Counted from the whole stretch's first letter, positions 9,128 through 18,984 are shown. The stretch is DNA of 59,536 nt, filler included, from 5 parts of 5 records of this genome joined end to end with filler, not necessarily neighbours in it, one strand, 5' to 3'. Program-made: numbers and translations. The notes: generated from the sequence alone by a model not told the origin.

Positions 9128-10436
9128 AAACAGTATATATTAAGTTTAATTCAATTTTGTAACTAGTATTGGTATTTCCATAAATTACCATTCTATCAAC
9201 ACTAGACTGGTAATTATTTGGAAGTAAAGCAAAGGCTTGGATATCGTCGGTCTGACTGTTTAAAAGTTCTTCAACATAGGTTCCAAAGGGAAGCGCATAA
9301 TAAATATTATTAAACTCTTGATCTGTTTTATTTAGAATAGCTTGTACAGCGCTACCGTCGCTATAGGTTAGTTGCTGTGTAATGTTATTATTGTTGTCTA
9401 TTGCATATACATTTAGCGTATCTCTAAGGGAGAGATTATCGTTATACGACTGTAATACTGGATTTATTTTTAACGTAGCATCAAGAATAGTTCCTGTTCC
9501 TTCAATATCAAAAAGAGATTTTATGGTAGGAAATTTAACTGTAGTAGCAACTCCAATTCCAGATTGAATAAAAGATTTATTTTCTGAAAGATTACTAGAA
9601 AGTCCTTCTTCTTGATTAGTTAGTTGTTGGAGATATTCGTTAGAATTTTCTGTTGAAATCTGATTAAAAAATGAAACATAATCTGTTCCTTTATTTATAG
9701 GGATATCAATATAACTCTGAGAGGTGTATGTATCTTCTTCTACTGAATAATAGAGCCTCATATAGCAAGAGGTGGTTTCAGTAGAAAAACCAATTACTGC
9801 CCCATCGTCATTAATTCCAGGTTGTAATGTAATTCCTCTAAAATAATTTTTAAACTCATCGGTATTTGTAATCAGTTTTGTTTGTAGTTTGTCAAATATC
9901 TCTTTGCCTAGATCGTCATTGATTTTTATTTCTAAAGTATCAGCTTCCATTGGACGTGGGCTGTAGGTAAGCATTCCGATATCTTCTAAATCATATTCAA
10001 TTTTACTAGTGTTATAAAAGGCATCTTCTTTAGGTTTTATAGCTTCACTAGCTCTTTTTATATGAATTTCGTTGTAAGAAATGGTGTCGTTATAATAATA
10101 ATTATCGTAATGTAAGTACAAATTAATACTGTCGTAAGTAGCTTCACTATCTATAGTATAGCTATTGGGAAGCATTTCAAAAAAACTAGCTGTTTTTACA
10201 TTCCCAAATTCGGGGTCGGTATATTTTCCTACTAAAATTCGGTTGCTATTGGAGGTAATAAGACTGTCAAATTTTATGGTAGCGGTTTCAATAGTAAGCG
10301 TATCAATTTCAATAACCCTAATCTGACTATTGGCAAAAGAGTTTCCCGCATTAAAGTCTGGGTCATAACTACTGTCGTCTGTGCAGGAACACAGAAAAAA
10401 TAAAGTTAGAATAGAAATGTAAATAGGTGTTCGCAT
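9114..10436 (-). CDS. DUF4270-like lipoprotein
   Basis: Lipobox LCSC followed by acidic residues; LVGKYTDPEFG, YDSINLYLHYDNYYY, FKNYFRGI, IQSGIG motifs. Confidence 0.75.
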   Translation of the reverse strand: MRTPIYISILTLFFLCSCTDDSSYDPDFNAGNSFANSQIRVIEIDTLTIETATIKFDSLITSNSNRILVGKYTDPEFGNVKTASFFEMLPNSYTIDSEATYDSINLYLHYDNYYYNDTISYNEIHIKRASEAIKPKEDAFYNTSKIEYDLEDIGMLTYSPRPMEADTLEIKINDDLGKEIFDKLQTKLITNTDEFKNYFRGITLQPGINDDGAVIGFSTETTSCYMRLYYSVEEDTYTSQSYIDIPINKGTDYVSFFNQISTENSNEYLQQLTNQEEGLSSNLSENKSFIQSGIGVATTVKFPTIKSLFDIEGTGTILDATLKINPVLQSYNDNLSLRDTLNVYAIDNNNNITQQLTYSDGSAVQAILNKTDQEFNNIYYALPFGTYVEELLNSQTDDIQAFALLPNNYQSSVDRMVIYGNTNTSYKIELNLIYTVYDED

Positions 10437-10652
10437 ATGTTTTTTTGGTAAATGTAACGGAGCTATGAGTCATGAAAAATCTTAATATATTATTCAGGGA
10501 ATTTTGTATATCAACACTGTTAAGAAGCCGATTAATATTTTAAAAAGCACTGATAGATAAATTCATCCTATTGGTATATTAAAATTGAGGGTTTATATAT
10601 TCAATTTTTTTAGACTTTATCACTGCTTTAGTTTTACCTGAAAATTAAATCT

Positions 10653-11645
10653 ATGAAGCGTTTATACAGTTTAAAATTATTAGTACTATTAGCAGTAACC
10701 AGCACAACATTTACAGCTTGTTCGTCTGATGATGACGACGAAGAATTAGGGAATTGGATAGACCGTTCCATTTTTGATGGTACTCCAAGAAGTGGATCGT
10801 CTGCCTTTACAATAGATAATATTGGATATATGGGCGTTGGTTATGACGGAGATGATTATCTAAATGATTTCTGGGCTTATGATATGGATGGAAATTACTG
10901 GTCGCAGAAAGCAGACTTTCCTGGGGTAGCAAGAAGTGCTGGGGTAGGATTTCAAATAGACGGAAAAGGATATATAGGTTCTGGTTATGATGGACTAGAC
11001 GAATTAGGAGATTTCTATCAATACAATCCAACTACAAATACATGGAATGCTATTGCAGATTTTCCAGGAACACACAGACGTAGCGCTACAGCTTTTAGTG
11101 TAGATGGATACGGATATTTTGGAACAGGTTTCGATGGAGATAACGACCGTAAAGATTTTTGGAAATACGATCCTTCAACCGATACTTGGGTAGAGCTTGA
11201 AGGGTATGGAGGAAATAAAAAGAGAGCTGCTACAGCTTTTGTTATTGATGGAATTGTATACCTAGGAACCGGAGTTTCTAACGGGGTATATACAGACGAC
11301 TTTTGGAAGTTTAATCCAGCTACAAATGAGTGGACAAAATTATTAGATTTAGATGAAGAAGATAGTTACTCCGTTGTTAGAAGTAATGCCGTAAGTTTTA
11401 CAATGAATGGTTATGGGTATGTAGTAAGCGGAGAACAAAATGGGGCAGTTGCAAGTGCTTGGCAATACAATCCTCTAACAGATGTTTGGGAAGAAATGAC
11501 AAGTTTTGAAGGTTCTTCTAGATTGGATGCTATTGGATTTTCAAATGGTACAAGAAGTTTTGTTGGATTAGGAAGAACGGGAAGTCTTTATTTAGACGAT
11601 TTAGATGAGTTTTTTCCTGATATGGAATACGACGATGAAGATTAA
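10653..11645 (+). CDS. Six-bladed kelch beta-propeller lipoprotein
   Basis: Lipobox FTAC + SSDDDDEE; six repeats of the form R..A..F.I...GY.G.G.......DFW.Y.P..N.W. Confidence 0.92.
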   Translation: MKRLYSLKLLVLLAVTSTTFTACSSDDDDEELGNWIDRSIFDGTPRSGSSAFTIDNIGYMGVGYDGDDYLNDFWAYDMDGNYWSQKADFPGVARSAGVGFQIDGKGYIGSGYDGLDELGDFYQYNPTTNTWNAIADFPGTHRRSATAFSVDGYGYFGTGFDGDNDRKDFWKYDPSTDTWVELEGYGGNKKRAATAFVIDGIVYLGTGVSNGVYTDDFWKFNPATNEWTKLLDLDEEDSYSVVRSNAVSFTMNGYGYVVSGEQNGAVASAWQYNPLTDVWEEMTSFEGSSRLDAIGFSNGTRSFVGLGRTGSLYLDDLDEFFPDMEYDDED

Positions 11646-11679
11646 AGTGAGAAAATTTCTTACTTGTTTGTTGAGTAGA

Positions 11680-11710
11680 TTAAGAGGTGCGCTGGATCCG
11701 CACCTCTTAA
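11680..11710. terminator. Stem-loop after the kelch gene (terminator or mRNA stabiliser)
   Basis: Perfect 12-bp stem TTAAGAGGTGCG / CGCACCTCTTAA with a 7-nt loop; no clear U-tract on +. Confidence 0.65.
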
Positions 11711-11733
11711 AATAAATTTAAGAATTCTTTTAG

Positions 11734-12057
11734 ATGAGGTTAAATAAAACAAAAAGCTACTTGCTTATTATCAGTTCTTTAGTATTATTATCCGCGTTTT
11801 GGATTTTTAAGAAGGACGAATTACTCTCCGCAAAGGTTATAAAAGTTAACAACGGATATGGTTATGAAGTATTATATAAAGAGAATGTTATAATAAAGCA
11901 AGAGTATATCCCAGCAATTAGTTATAGAAAAGTCTTTGTAAGTGAAGCAGATGCATGGAAGGTTGCTACGTTAGTAAAATATAAATTGAAACAGAGAGAA
12001 AAGCCAATTATAGCAATAAAAGACTTAGATAGTTTAGATGTTAATATAAATAAATGA
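11734..12057 (+). CDS. Small membrane-anchored protein, DUF4907-like
   Basis: N-terminal TM helix; GYGYEV....IIKQEYIPAI...F.SE.DA.KVA.LV motif; ATGA coupling to the kinase gene. Confidence 0.75.
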   Translation: MRLNKTKSYLLIISSLVLLSAFWIFKKDELLSAKVIKVNNGYGYEVLYKENVIIKQEYIPAISYRKVFVSEADAWKVATLVKYKLKQREKPIIAIKDLDSLDVNINK

Positions 12058-13145
12058 AAGCTCCGAAGAAATTAGTTAATGAAGTTTTACTACACTTTTT
12101 AGTGTGGCTTTGTTGGTTTGGTGTTATGTTATTTCAGTCGTATAGCAGAACAGGTACTATAGATTTCACCTCCAATTTATCGCCTAGATTTTTCATTAAT
12201 ATTGTACTTTTTTACTTTAACTATTACTATTTAGTGCCCAAGCTTTTATTGAAAAAAAAAATACTTCCATATTTATTTATTTCCCTAGCAATTATAGTGG
12301 TAGTAAACTATATTATGGAGTTAACATTACCTCCTGATTTATTATTTCATCGGGAGGAAATTAAAGGATTGCCTCGACCTGAAGATTTTGCAAGAAGATT
12401 TCCTAGAGACGATTGGTTTAAATTTAAAATGTTTATTGGCCCTGCAATAGGTGGCGCATTTTATTTTGTTGTGGGAACAATTATACGAGTATATATTGAA
12501 TGGAATAAAAATGAACGTATTCGGGAAAAGACAGAAAATGAGAAGATTAATTCTGAACTTCAGTTTTTAAAAACGCAATTAAATCCTCACTTTTTGTTTA
12601 ATTCTTTAAATGCAGTATATACGTTATCTATTAAAAAATCTCCAGATACTCCGGAGGCCATTATAAGTCTTTCAGAATTAATGCGCTACATGATTTATGA
12701 GGCAAATAAGGAGGTGGTTTACTTGGAAAAAGAGCTGGAATACATTAAAAGTTATATTCAACTTCAAAGATTGAGATTGCCTAATGCAGAAGATGTTTAT
12801 TTTAATATTTATGGCGATGATAAAGGGAAAACAATCAAACCTTTACTATTCATTTCATTTATTGAAAATGCGTTTAAATACGGAACTGATTATACGGGAA
12901 ATACATGGGTTAAAATAAATATTTCTATTCAGGAGGATAAGGTTCACTTGTTTGTAAAAAATAAAATAGGAATTATACAAAAATCCCCTGAAAGTTCGGG
13001 AATTGGATTGAAAAATATTCAGAATAGACTCAAATTATTATATCCTGAAACGCATAAACTAGACATAGAAAACGACGGGAATTACTATACCATAAATTTA
13101 ACGATACTAAATATTCAAAGTGATGAGGTGTATAATAATAGATGA
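12054..13145 (+). CDS. LytS/YehU-family sensor histidine kinase
   Basis: About four TM helices; ELQFLKTQLNPHFLFNSLN, FIENAFKYG, GIGLKNIQNRL. Confidence 0.95.
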   Translation: MKAPKKLVNEVLLHFLVWLCWFGVMLFQSYSRTGTIDFTSNLSPRFFINIVLFYFNYYYLVPKLLLKKKILPYLFISLAIIVVVNYIMELTLPPDLLFHREEIKGLPRPEDFARRFPRDDWFKFKMFIGPAIGGAFYFVVGTIIRVYIEWNKNERIREKTENEKINSELQFLKTQLNPHFLFNSLNAVYTLSIKKSPDTPEAIISLSELMRYMIYEANKEVVYLEKELEYIKSYIQLQRLRLPNAEDVYFNIYGDDKGKTIKPLLFISFIENAFKYGTDYTGNTWVKINISIQEDKVHLFVKNKIGIIQKSPESSGIGLKNIQNRLKLLYPETHKLDIENDGNYYTINLTILNIQSDEVYNNR

Positions 13146-13851
13146 TGAGCCATTGGCAATAGATTTAATAAAAGAATATTGTAGCAAATTAGACTTTATT
13201 GATGTAGTAGGCATTTTTACTAATGCCTTAGACGCTATTGTTACCATTAAAGAGAAAAAAGTAGACTTGATATTTTCGGATATTGAAATGCCACAAATTA
13301 ATGGAATCGATTTTATTAATTCTCTAGACAATAAGCCGCTGTTTATTTTTACCACTGCCTATTCACAATATGCTGTTGAAGGTTTTGAACTTAATGCAGT
13401 AGATTATTTAGTAAAACCTATTCCATACCACAGGTTTATAAAAGCTGTTTCGAGAGCAAAAGAAATTATTTCAAACAAAAATTCTACTATGATTACAAAT
13501 GTATTTTCTTCCGCAGGAGAAAAAAAATTAGAAAACGATTATATTTTCATTAAAGCCGATTACGAAAATGTGAAAGTTAATTTAGAAGAAATAAAATATA
13601 TTCAAGGCCTGAAAGATTATTTAAAAGTTCATGTTGATGGGACTAATAAACCTATTCTAACCTTGATGAGTTTTAAGGAGCTCTTATCAAAACTTCCAGA
13701 AAAGAATTTTGTACGTATTCATAGATCGTTTGTAATTAATGTACCTTTTGTGAAAACGATTCAGAAAAATAAAGTAGTTATTGATGATATACGGATTCCA
13801 ATAGGAGAAAGCTATAAAGAGGAATTCTATAACCGATTAGGAATTAAATAA
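13123..13851 (+). CDS. LytTR-family response regulator
   Basis: IIDDEPLA, DIEMP, FTTAY, DYLVKP receiver domain; FVRIHRSFVIN LytTR domain. Confidence 0.95.
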   Translation: MRCIIIDDEPLAIDLIKEYCSKLDFIDVVGIFTNALDAIVTIKEKKVDLIFSDIEMPQINGIDFINSLDNKPLFIFTTAYSQYAVEGFELNAVDYLVKPIPYHRFIKAVSRAKEIISNKNSTMITNVFSSAGEKKLENDYIFIKADYENVKVNLEEIKYIQGLKDYLKVHVDGTNKPILTLMSFKELLSKLPEKNFVRIHRSFVINVPFVKTIQKNKVVIDDIRIPIGESYKEEFYNRLGIK

Positions 13852-13860
13852 TAGCTAAAA

Positions 13861-13950
13861 ATGGATAGAAAGAAATTTTTAAAGTGAGGAGTACTAGGTC
13901 TTAGAACTCTTACTTTTCTTCTGGGAAGTTTATCTGCTTGCAGTGACTAA
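13861..13950 (+). pseudogene. Remnant signal peptide of a Tat-like lipoprotein
   Basis: Manual translation MDRKKFLK*GVLGLRTLTFLLGSLSACSD*: RKKFLK leader, internal stop, lipobox LSAC, then nothing. Confidence 0.55.
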
Positions 13951-14004
13951 TGCTGAAAGAATTTTGAATTAGTGATCTGAACTAATTTTTGAGTATTTTG
14001 ACTT

Positions 14005-14240
14005 ATTAAAATATCTAAACAAAATATTAATCAAATTAAGAAGCTTTTTAAGCAATACAAGGTCAAAACGTTTTTCGCTTCTGCCTCAGCGACTCGTAAC
14101 GATTTTAAAGACGATTCTGATATTACTTTATTGTAGATTTTGAAGAAACGGACTCTTTTAAATACACGAACTTATATTTTCAACTTAAAGAGAATTTAGA
14201 AAAATTATTTCAGCGACAAATTGATTTAATCGAAGAAAGA
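14005..14240 (+). pseudogene. Minimal nucleotidyltransferase (MntA-type antitoxin) pseudogene
   Basis: IKISKQNINQIKKLFKQYKVKTFFASASATRNDFKDDSDI / (1-nt deletion) FIVDFEETDSFKYTNLYFQLKENLEKLFQRQIDLIEER. Start is ATT, the FGS motif is degraded and the C-terminus is lost. Confidence 0.75.
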
Positions 14241-14344
14241 AATCCAAAGAATAATGGTAAAGCACTAGCCGCAATAACCTATAAGCAAACGGGCGGAAAT
14301 CGCTAAACGAAATGATAGTACTTTTTATACAACCCCTCTTTAGT

Positions 14345-14764
14345 TTAATTACCTACCGAGTGGGTAAATAACTTAGGATTAATTACCAGCATTGCCCAAG
14401 CCCAATTATTTGTATTGTCGTTTGGTCTACCTTCTTTTATTAAACTCATACTTTCCGAAGCAAACATATGAGAATATCCTACTTTTAAAGTAGCAAATTT
14501 CATAAGTTTATGAGTATATTGTAAATCTATTTCGGTACCCAAATAAGAATCTGCATTATTAGCAAGGTCTCCATTAGCTCCAAAGTAATGTACCGAGGTT
14601 AATAGGTTTGATTTTTCTCCTGTTTTAAAAACTACTTTACCATAAACATCATTTAAACCTGCGCTATTGGTATAATTTCCCACATAGAAATAATCCATAA
14701 ATCCGTTAAAAGCATGGTTGGTTCCATATAAAGGGAAAAAGGAATTATTATCTGCTCCTCCTTG
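14345..14764 (-). CDS. Alginate-export-family-like outer-membrane porin, C-terminal part
   Basis: Frame stays open to the contig end: FFPLYGTNHAFNGFMDYFYVGN, LGTEIDL, GYSHMF, WAWAMLVINP. Confidence 0.75.
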   Translation of the reverse strand, partial: QGGADNNSFFPLYGTNHAFNGFMDYFYVGNYTNSAGLNDVYGKVVFKTGEKSNLLTSVHYFGANGDLANNADSYLGTEIDLQYTHKLMKFATLKVGYSHMFASESMSLIKEGRPNDNTNNWAWAMLVINPKLFTHSVGN

Positions 14765-14765
14765 G

Positions 14766-14865
14766 NNNNNNNNNNNNNNNNNNNNNNNNNNNNNNNNNNN
14801 NNNNNNNNNTTAATTAATTAANNNNNNNNNNNNNNNNNNNNNNNNNNNNNNNNNNNNNNNNNNNN
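14766..14865. other. Artificial contig-joining linker
   Basis: 44 N + TTAATTAATTAA + 44 N. Confidence 0.99.
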
Positions 14866-15137
14866 GGGGCGAGCCCGGCCGCCTCCTGACCGTCCGCGGG
14901 AGGAGGCGCGCCCTGAACGAGGGCTCCCGCCGACCGCGAGACAGTCAGTGACACGGCGGGACCCCGCTGGCACCCCACCGGCGGCCGCCACGCGGAGCGT
15001 AGGGCCCAGGGCTGACCACTGTTCGGATGCGTGAGCCGCCAGTCTGGAAGTAACGAACTTCATTACTTGGAAATGCATATTCCGCTCATATTCCGTTTAA
15101 AGGGTAGACAATTTACTATAATTAGTCTTTAGTTTCT

Positions 15138-18100
15138 TCAACTGAGGGGCATTGTCCTCCAGCCCAGAATGTCAGTGTCATCATCGGCCCCTGCGTCGTC
15201 ATCCGGTTCGGGTCGGAGCTGTGCGATGATGTCATCAACACTGTAATCGAACCGCGCACCTTCAGCAAACTTGGCAGACGTCAGCGCCTTGGAGTTCTCA
15301 ATGATGGTCGCACAATTTTCATTAAAGTGCACACACGCCTCCTCATGCTCTGGCGTTTTCTGCAAGGCTTCGTCGACCTGAACCCAAATGCGAATGGCGC
15401 CCCCGAGCTCACCAATATTAGCATTCCAGGACTTCCAATTCTCATTGGTGCGATGCGAAACAGGCAAGACCACCCACCCGGCCTTCTCGGCAAAACGGAG
15501 GTCTTTCGGGGTCGGTGCCTGGTACACCGAGCTATCAACAGAATCGAAGACCACCTCGACAATGTAGACGTCACGGATCACGCTCCCCATATTGCTCTCA
15601 AGTGCACAAACTTCCTCGATCACACCCTCCTCATCAATAGTAACCTGCTTCCTGATACAACGCCCAACGCTATTCTCCTTGTTGGGCCAGCCCGTCCACA
15701 TGACAGGGAAGAACAACCGAACACGACAGTCATATTTGTTATACATGTTGGCAAAGTTCTCCTTATTGCCATCTTGGGTGGCCCATCCTGTGGTCTCTTG
15801 GAGAAGATGGAGTGTGGTGAGGTGCTTCATCTTGTGCTGAGTGGCGAGGGCGCTGTTGTGATACGAAACCGAGCTAAGGTCCTTGCGGGCAAACCTGGTA
15901 TTGACGGCCATCTCGCGCGCAAAACGGGCATTCCAACCGGCAATACGAATGAAGTCGGGGTTGGACACCTCACAAGAAGCAAGCAGTGCGGCGCTACCGT
16001 AGCGATCAGCAGCCCAGCGGAGGCGCAGGCCCATAGTGCTCTTGGACTTCCATGTCATCATGAGCGAATTGGAAGAGTCGAGCTTGTTCTCAAAGCGGCA
16101 CATCGACTTGTTGCAAAGCATCTTCAGGGCTTGGCACTCCCAATTCTTGAATCTTGCTTGTGCCAGATCAGCCACTTCCTTGTTCGTGGCGGGGTCACGC
16201 GCGAGGGCGCCGTTAGAGTCACGAATGTTGAACCACACTTCCACCACAACCTTCTCCCCTCCGTCTTGGCCAATGTCCTTAATGCCAGCGAGAGTCCAGC
16301 CAGGAATATGCTGAAGACTGCGACAAACCACGCCATTAAACTTGCAGACCTGGATATCGCGAATCCGCTTCCAATCGGAAGCAGAGATCTCAGAGACCAT
16401 CTCATCGGGCTTCAGGAATTCCCAAATGGGGACCATGTCATCCGCCTTGCAGAATTCCTCGTACTTCTTGCGAAGGGAAACCATTTCGCTGTTGCCAAGC
16501 CACCTGGCCTTGGACTTGGCTTTCTGGAACGCTGCCGCATCGGGGTTGCCGTTCGTACTGCGGAGTGTCCACACCTCAACGCGATCCTGAATCGGGTCCC
16601 TCTCTTCGGGCTCCTCACCGCCCCGGAAGTCCTCGGCTTCAAGAGACATCTCGTGAACATACTCTTGCCTCCACCCGGAGCTCATCAGCTGCGACACGTG
16701 AGCGCAGACACCACGGATAACCTTGACGGCAAGAACGGGATATCCGTCCATTTTGTACTGGTTCATGGCCGGGTCATTCTGGTAGAGTTTCGGTTCCAGC
16801 TCCAACTTCATGAGAAGATGCTTGTATGGGGGCGCACTTGAGAACGCTTTGGAGATCTCGAAAGTTTTGTCACTCCACCACCTGAAGTTGTCCTCTTCCT
16901 TGTGACCGGCCGAGGCCACGTAGTAATGCGAGAAACGCCATGCCGACTCCAAAAGTCTGTTGACATTTGAGCCATAAATGTACCTAGTCATCTTGACATC
17001 ATACAGAAGGGAGTACATCGTTCCATCACGAGGGTTGTCAATGTATTGTGTGCGGTCTACCGTACAGAAGCGCAACCAGGTGCCGCGGGTGATCTGAAGC
17101 ACGGTCATCTTCTCGCCACATTCCTGTTCCATTGTTTCTTTCTCTTCATCAAGAGCCTGCTGTTCCTCCTCATCATTCACGGTCTCGTCCTTGCCATCAC
17201 CATTGTACCACCGGAGGGACGAGGCCAGGATGGCACGTGAGGTGCACGCGCGACACATCCACAGAAGCGACCGCTTCTTATCAAACAAATGCTCCGTCGA
17301 TACAAGGGTATATCCCATCGAACGCAAGGCGGAGGCGTCGGACGTACCAATACTAAGTTGGAAATCAGAGATCGGACCGCGCGCACTCACTTGAGTCAGC
17401 AGCCCGTATGGCTTTCGACCGCTGTGCTCCATAAGGGGCATCAAGGCGCGGCGGACGATAGGCTGGTTGAGCGCTTCATAACAGAGGCTCGCCTCGCCCC
17501 TCATACACTCACCAAAGAGATCCTTTGTAAGCACATCAGACACAAGCTTGCGTCGTTCTTCGGGCGATGTCGACGGCACGACATGCTTGGGCTTGGGCTT
17601 TGGGGGGGCTGATCCGCGGTGGATAGCATCAGCGAAGGCACTCAAACTGGGCCAGCTACTTTGCTCGGCCTCCGCGGCCTTCCGCTTGTCAGCCGCCTTT
17701 TTGGCTTCGTGAAGCTTGCGATGAGTATTCATGAGATCGTTCTGACCCTTGGTTATGGAGTACAGATTATCCATGAACTGGCAAGTGGCTGTGTTGCTCT
17801 CTTTGACAAACATGGAATGGTTCACTGTCGCCTGAGCCATCAGAGACTCATAACGCCCCTCGTCGTTCATCATTCCCACAATGGTTCCAGTAAGAGACTT
17901 GAGAGCCTTCACCAGTCCAAGTGTCGCAACAACACCAAGTATCGCAGACTTCGCCACGCCAGTGACAAACTCTGCCGACTTTTCAGCGAGATATTCGAGG
18001 GTGGCAGCCATGGCAACGACCTCCTGCGGACCTAATCCTGAAGATTCAAACTTGCCCGACTCTATGAACTCCTTGATAGCGAAAATCAACGGGACGTCCT

Positions 18101-18911
18101 CTGTCAAGCGAGCCTTAAACGCATCGGAAACGCTTGATCCACTAGCGATATCAGACAATGCATATCCGACCTCGGTCAAGACGATGCCTCCCAGAGCCTT
18201 GAGGGCTTTCTCGCTTCCAACGAGGTGAGACGCCTCCGTCACAAATCCACCGTCCATCGCACTGTAGGCGCTAAATGCCGACACAATGCACTGGACGGCG
18301 CTGTCCTTGGCCTCCTTGGCTCTCGCTTCCATATCCGCTTTGATACCGGCACGAGACTCCCTAACAGATTCTTCCCACTGGTTGTCGGAGCGGCACGCCC
18401 ACTCAATTCCCGAGGTGAGGAGCTCGGTCACCTTAGCCTGCAGATCATGCATTTTGTCTTCCAGCGCCTCCATTTCCTCTGTGAACACAGTCTCGGCTTT
18501 CGCCACTCCCATGTAGATCTTGAGCGAATACTGGTAGAGCGACAACTGGAAATGCACCCCACGGTACATCACACAGCGAGCGTTCCTCTCCTCGTGGAAC
18601 TGATCGAGCACCTGATCCAAACCCTCCAGATACTTGGCAGCCTGCATCTTTCGGTAGTACGATAAGATCGAGTTTGCGCCATAGACAATTGCGGTCGCCA
18701 CCATGATTGCAGCCATGATGGGCTCGCCAGTCTTCGCCTCGGACTCAGACTCAGTAAGGTCGGTGAACCGGGCGTTGAGCTGCTGCATGGCCTTCATATG
18801 GTGGTCCCAGCTATCAAACCGGCCCGGCGAAGACACCTGGAGCTGGTGCCCTGTTGCTCCAAGCACATGGCTTGCACAAACAAGATAGAGAATAACTAGC
18901 ACCGCCTTCAT
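15138..18911 (-). CDS. Large intronless secreted orphan protein (1257 aa); helical/hydrophobic N-half, repeated beta-prism-like motifs in C-half
   Basis: 3.77-kb uninterrupted ORF; signal peptide MKAVLVILYLVCASHVLG; internal hydrophobic segments; GC island immediately upstream. Confidence 0.8.
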   Translation of the reverse strand: MKAVLVILYLVCASHVLGATGHQLQVSSPGRFDSWDHHMKAMQQLNARFTDLTESESEAKTGEPIMAAIMVATAIVYGANSILSYYRKMQAAKYLEGLDQVLDQFHEERNARCVMYRGVHFQLSLYQYSLKIYMGVAKAETVFTEEMEALEDKMHDLQAKVTELLTSGIEWACRSDNQWEESVRESRAGIKADMEARAKEAKDSAVQCIVSAFSAYSAMDGGFVTEASHLVGSEKALKALGGIVLTEVGYALSDIASGSSVSDAFKARLTEDVPLIFAIKEFIESGKFESSGLGPQEVVAMAATLEYLAEKSAEFVTGVAKSAILGVVATLGLVKALKSLTGTIVGMMNDEGRYESLMAQATVNHSMFVKESNTATCQFMDNLYSITKGQNDLMNTHRKLHEAKKAADKRKAAEAEQSSWPSLSAFADAIHRGSAPPKPKPKHVVPSTSPEERRKLVSDVLTKDLFGECMRGEASLCYEALNQPIVRRALMPLMEHSGRKPYGLLTQVSARGPISDFQLSIGTSDASALRSMGYTLVSTEHLFDKKRSLLWMCRACTSRAILASSLRWYNGDGKDETVNDEEEQQALDEEKETMEQECGEKMTVLQITRGTWLRFCTVDRTQYIDNPRDGTMYSLLYDVKMTRYIYGSNVNRLLESAWRFSHYYVASAGHKEEDNFRWWSDKTFEISKAFSSAPPYKHLLMKLELEPKLYQNDPAMNQYKMDGYPVLAVKVIRGVCAHVSQLMSSGWRQEYVHEMSLEAEDFRGGEEPEERDPIQDRVEVWTLRSTNGNPDAAAFQKAKSKARWLGNSEMVSLRKKYEEFCKADDMVPIWEFLKPDEMVSEISASDWKRIRDIQVCKFNGVVCRSLQHIPGWTLAGIKDIGQDGGEKVVVEVWFNIRDSNGALARDPATNKEVADLAQARFKNWECQALKMLCNKSMCRFENKLDSSNSLMMTWKSKSTMGLRLRWAADRYGSAALLASCEVSNPDFIRIAGWNARFAREMAVNTRFARKDLSSVSYHNSALATQHKMKHLTTLHLLQETTGWATQDGNKENFANMYNKYDCRVRLFFPVMWTGWPNKENSVGRCIRKQVTIDEEGVIEEVCALESNMGSVIRDVYIVEVVFDSVDSSVYQAPTPKDLRFAEKAGWVVLPVSHRTNENWKSWNANIGELGGAIRIWVQVDEALQKTPEHEEACVHFNENCATIIENSKALTSAKFAEGARFDYSVDDIIAQLRPEPDDDAGADDDTDILGWRTMPLS

Positions 18912-18984
18912 TGCTCAGCGGGCTCGGTTATCTGATCTCATTCATAAGAGATTCGAAGACATACTTGTGAAGTGGAGAAATAGC

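Noticed and set aside
15327-16841. 504-aa antisense ORF inside the 1257-aa gene
   Set aside because: Codon-bias shadow with no recognisable domain; the opposite strand has the signal peptide and the longer frame.
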